Below the pieces are notes generated by a model. It worked only from the letters and a program-made list of their open reading frames with translations, was not told the origin of the DNA and made no database searches. The translations under genes were made by a program, and so were the position numbers. 27,278 nt of DNA from a virus (Duplodnaviria; Caudoviricetes), in IMG/VR virus record IMGVR_UViG_3300049228_000050, positions 1 to 27,278 of that record; one strand, written 5' to 3'. Below, piece after piece: positions 24,733 to 27,278 of the stretch. How positions within the stretch are numbered: position 1 is the first letter of the stretch; every line of letters starts with the position of its first letter.

Positions 24733-24969
24733 ATGAAAGAACAAACGCGACTAGACGTACTCGCACTGTGCGATGCAGCAGAACGCATGCGAGATGCTGC
24801 TAATAATCTTTGGTGGGCGAATAATGTTTCCGAGGGAAACACGATAGGCGAAGGCGTGGCGCCGACCATTGAAGAAGCGGAACTTGCACATGGGGAGGCT
24901 TTCGAAAAATTAGCCAAAGCTGAATTTAGTGTTAGGCGATGCTTGAATAAGGAAGGGGCGCATAAATGA
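24733..24969 (+). CDS. Hypothetical protein, 78 aa
   Basis: GAGGGG RBS; next ORF follows at its stop. Confidence 0.6.
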   Translation: MKEQTRLDVLALCDAAERMRDAANNLWWANNVSEGNTIGEGVAPTIEEAELAHGEAFEKLAKAEFSVRRCLNKEGAHK

Positions 24970-25157
24970 CCCGCGCATCAAAGCTAGTAGCGCGGCAAGC
25001 CGAAGACGAGGGCCTATGGTCTATTCCGTTTGATCGTCTTGAAACTATTCACGAGGCGTGTTTACGAATCGCTTTACGAAAGCTCCATGCGGCAGTGGAA
25101 GCTGACGAAGCGGATAAGAAGTCCCGCTCAGAGCCTAACGCCCCGAGCGGGACGTGA
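24966..25157 (+). CDS. Small phage protein, 63 aa
   Basis: LV.RQAEDEGLW...EA.L..ALR.LHAAVE pattern; AAGGAAGGGG upstream. Confidence 0.7.
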   Translation: MTRASKLVARQAEDEGLWSIPFDRLETIHEACLRIALRKLHAAVEADEADKKSRSEPNAPSGT

Positions 25158-25478
25158 TTACGCGGCTGGAGTGTTCTCAACGGCGGCTGCCGCAATGGCT
25201 TTCGCGTTGTTGCTGTCAAGCGTGGCAGTAATTTCGTCCAGCGCAATTAATGCGGCCGGTACGTCTCCAGCGGATGCTAGCTGATCGCGCAGGGCCTGAA
25301 CTTCGGCGCGAACGGTTGCAATCGCCTGAACGATCGATTCCGTAGCGCTAGTGTTCTCTGCGATTTCAAGTTTCAAGGTATCAATTTTTTCAGCAAGACT
25401 CATCACAATTCTCCCTAAGTGCAACACCCCATCAATCTGGGGGAAGCGAAAGTTAAGATTAATTTCCATTTTGGCCAC
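25158..25478 (-). CDS. Coiled-coil phage protein at the end of the lysis operon
   Basis: Heptad Ala/Leu-rich, ends ENTPAA. Alternative start ATG 25403 behind GGGAG. Confidence 0.7.
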   Translation of the reverse strand: MAKMEINLNFRFPQIDGVLHLGRIVMSLAEKIDTLKLEIAENTSATESIVQAIATVRAEVQALRDQLASAGDVPAALIALDEITATLDSNNAKAIAAAAVENTPAA

Positions 25479-25521
25479 CGATTAGGTTCGGCGGAATTAT
25501 AGCGGAAACAGTTAGAAACAA

Positions 25522-26148
25522 TTAAGCGAGCAAGAGCACAAAAAAGGAGATAAAGAACCCGCGAAAGAACTCTTGCCATGCAGGCGCGGTGCTCAAATCG
25601 AGCAGCCAATGGGGGATCTCAGGCACGTCCCCTATAGCCTTGGCTACTAACGCTGCCATCGTGGTCGCAACCATCATCGCCGGGATCAGTAACCAGATAT
25701 CGTGATGCCAGTACACCAGCGCCGCCACGGTCAGCAGCGGCCACAAGCCGCCGACACGGAGCAATGGATGGAGCTTTTCCCACAACGACCACTTGGGCCG
25801 AGTGCTGCCGATAACCCCCTCAAGTGTCTGCTCATACCCGCCAGCGTGAGGAATGAAGACTTTCTCGTCGCTGAAATGCCGAAACGTCTTACCGAAGTTT
25901 CCCGCAATCTGCTCGCCGAATTTCCACGTGATCCCGGCGATCAGAAACTGCCACCAGGTAAGCCCGAATGGCATACACACGACCATGCCGTAAACGAATT
26001 TGACCGCATGCCGGCAGTGATTTTTCCACTCGCGGCGACGCTCGTCGGGGAAGTGCTCGTCGGACGGAAAGCCGCCACGGATTCGATCACATAATCCGCT
26101 CAAGAAAGGCAGGATAACTCCAATGACTACTGACATTCTTTTGACCAC
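25522..26148 (-). CDS. Multi-pass membrane protein, 208 aa
   Basis: Several hydrophobic segments; DRIRGG motif after the first. Confidence 0.7.
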   Translation of the reverse strand: MVKRMSVVIGVILPFLSGLCDRIRGGFPSDEHFPDERRREWKNHCRHAVKFVYGMVVCMPFGLTWWQFLIAGITWKFGEQIAGNFGKTFRHFSDEKVFIPHAGGYEQTLEGVIGSTRPKWSLWEKLHPLLRVGGLWPLLTVAALVYWHHDIWLLIPAMMVATTMAALVAKAIGDVPEIPHWLLDLSTAPAWQEFFRGFFISFFVLLLA

Positions 26149-26447
26149 GCTTCCCAGGATTCAATCCGAGTGTGAAGGCTCCATAGCAGAGCCTGTAATG
26201 CGGTTTCTGCTGGAGAAAATAAGCAAGAGGATCCTGCCGTCGCACTGCCTGAATCTGAAAATTTCAGGGCATCATTCGGGGCAATGGGAGATAACAGATC
26301 AGGCGGTGGCGTGCACGCAATCCGCACCGGCACTTGCACAATCTCCCCCGGCTCGTGGATTACCAGCGGCGGCGGAGTATGAGCGCAGCCGATAAGCCAA
26401 AATGTAATATTAGCCGCTAAGAGGCTATATAACGCTTTACGGCGCAT
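26127..26447 (-). CDS. o-spanin (Rz1-like lipoprotein)
   Basis: MRRKALYSLLAANITFWLIG|C lipobox; Pro-rich body VQVPVRIACTPPP; overlaps the i-spanin end. Confidence 0.8.
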   Translation of the reverse strand: MRRKALYSLLAANITFWLIGCAHTPPPLVIHEPGEIVQVPVRIACTPPPDLLSPIAPNDALKFSDSGSATAGSSCLFSPAETALQALLWSLHTRIESWEAWSKECQ

Positions 26448-26820
26448 CAAACACCCGCCGAATGAATTCATTCATCACGGCGGGTCCGTGGCCATCGACA
26501 ACCGGCGCCTTGCGCGCCAGGACCGCCTTAGAAGCCGCCTGAGCCGCTTTGTCCTTCGCCTGCCCTGCCGCAGCGAGTGAGGCTATTGCTTGATTCTGCG
26601 TCGCCAGGCGCGCGACTAGGCCATTGTTCGCGGCTAGCGCCATGTCGCGGGCTAATTTGGCCTGGTCTCGCTCCGAGCCTGTGGTCAGGATCTTCGTCTC
26701 GGCGCTCTCTAGCGCGCGCTGAAGGCTGCGGATCTTCCACTGCATGCCCAGGACAAGCACGACCACAATCGCGGCGATTGCAATATGAGGAATGAATCGG
26801 CTGAAAACGAATGCGCCCAC
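26437..26820 (-). CDS. i-spanin (Rz-like), 127 aa
   Basis: Single N-terminal TM helix followed by an Ala-rich coiled coil. Confidence 0.8.
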   Translation of the reverse strand: MGAFVFSRFIPHIAIAAIVVVLVLGMQWKIRSLQRALESAETKILTTGSERDQAKLARDMALAANNGLVARLATQNQAIASLAAAGQAKDKAAQAASKAVLARKAPVVDGHGPAVMNEFIRRVFDAP

Positions 26821-26821
26821 A

Positions 26822-27277
26822 TCAAGGCTCGTAGAACTCGCCGGTCGAGTTCGGATCTCGCCGCTCGCTGCCGCCCGGGGGCTCGGCAGAGCGATCCCCT
26901 TTCCGGCGATCCGCCAGCTTCAGGCGCAGCGCTAATTCCGGATTACGGATTTCGGCGACTGTGATCACGGCCCACATAATCACGGGCGACGCTATCCCGC
27001 CTAGTACCACATGCGCAAACAATTGATCTAGTTCTGGGTGAAAAAAAGGCTTAGCGATAATTCCGATCACCGTGGCGGAAATCATTGTCGAAAATGCGCG
27101 CAGTTGAGCCGAGCTATAGCGCAGTGGCTCGGTGTACTTAATGTTCGTCGCTGCCGCTATTTTCCGCATCTCGATGAAGCTTTTAATCTGCGAGCGCTTC
27201 AGACATTGCGTCCAATAAATGCCTAACAGGCACCCAACAGGGTAGGCGAATAGAGCGATGCTGAGGTTCGGCCAATG
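26822..27277 (-). CDS. Holin-like membrane protein, 5' end outside the window
   Basis: Frame is open from the edge (HWPNLSIALFAYPVGCLLGIYWTQ... in frame with MRKIAAAT); three hydrophobic segments, charged C-tail, upstream of the spanins. Confidence 0.55.
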   Translation of the reverse strand, partial: HWPNLSIALFAYPVGCLLGIYWTQCLKRSQIKSFIEMRKIAAATNIKYTEPLRYSSAQLRAFSTMISATVIGIIAKPFFHPELDQLFAHVVLGGIASPVIMWAVITVAEIRNPELALRLKLADRRKGDRSAEPPGGSERRDPNSTGEFYEP

Positions 27278-27278
27278 C

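Noticed and set aside
27221-27238. GCCTAAC / ACCCAAC motifs
   Set aside because: Inside the holin-like coding frame with no attC stem; chance matches.
26822-27278. Apparent absence of an endolysin
   Set aside because: The lysis operon is cut by the window edge, so absence cannot be claimed.

Overview
About 27 kb of a tailed dsDNA phage (or prophage) of a Gram-negative host; no host chromosomal genes are visible. Left part (1-14.9 kb, minus strand): a podovirus-type morphogenesis operon in T7/BPP-1-like order (TerS, TerL, pre-portal protein, portal, Bbp19-like protein, scaffold, major capsid, decoration protein, tail tubular A, two inserted signal-peptide proteins, tail tubular B, internal virion proteins). 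Middle (15.0-18.8 kb): a control region dense in host-factor-like sites, a two-gene plus-strand island, a minus-strand nuclease/replication-initiator block and a Cro-like gene at a divergent promoter. Right (18.8-25.2 kb, plus strand): an early/accessory operon with a Sak4-like AAA ATPase, an Acb2 anti-CBASS sponge and a C5 methyltransferase with a nested second frame, converging on a minus-strand lysis block. The most striking signal is an integrase-less array of integron-like cassettes at 22.1-23.6 kb. It has one intact 59-bp attC plus eroded sites, each cassette has complementary ends, the genes run antisense to canonical cassette polarity, and one cassette carries acb2. Also notable: a two-state RNA leader on the capsid gene and signal peptides on two late-operon proteins. 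All family calls come from motif recognition by eye; no searches were run.
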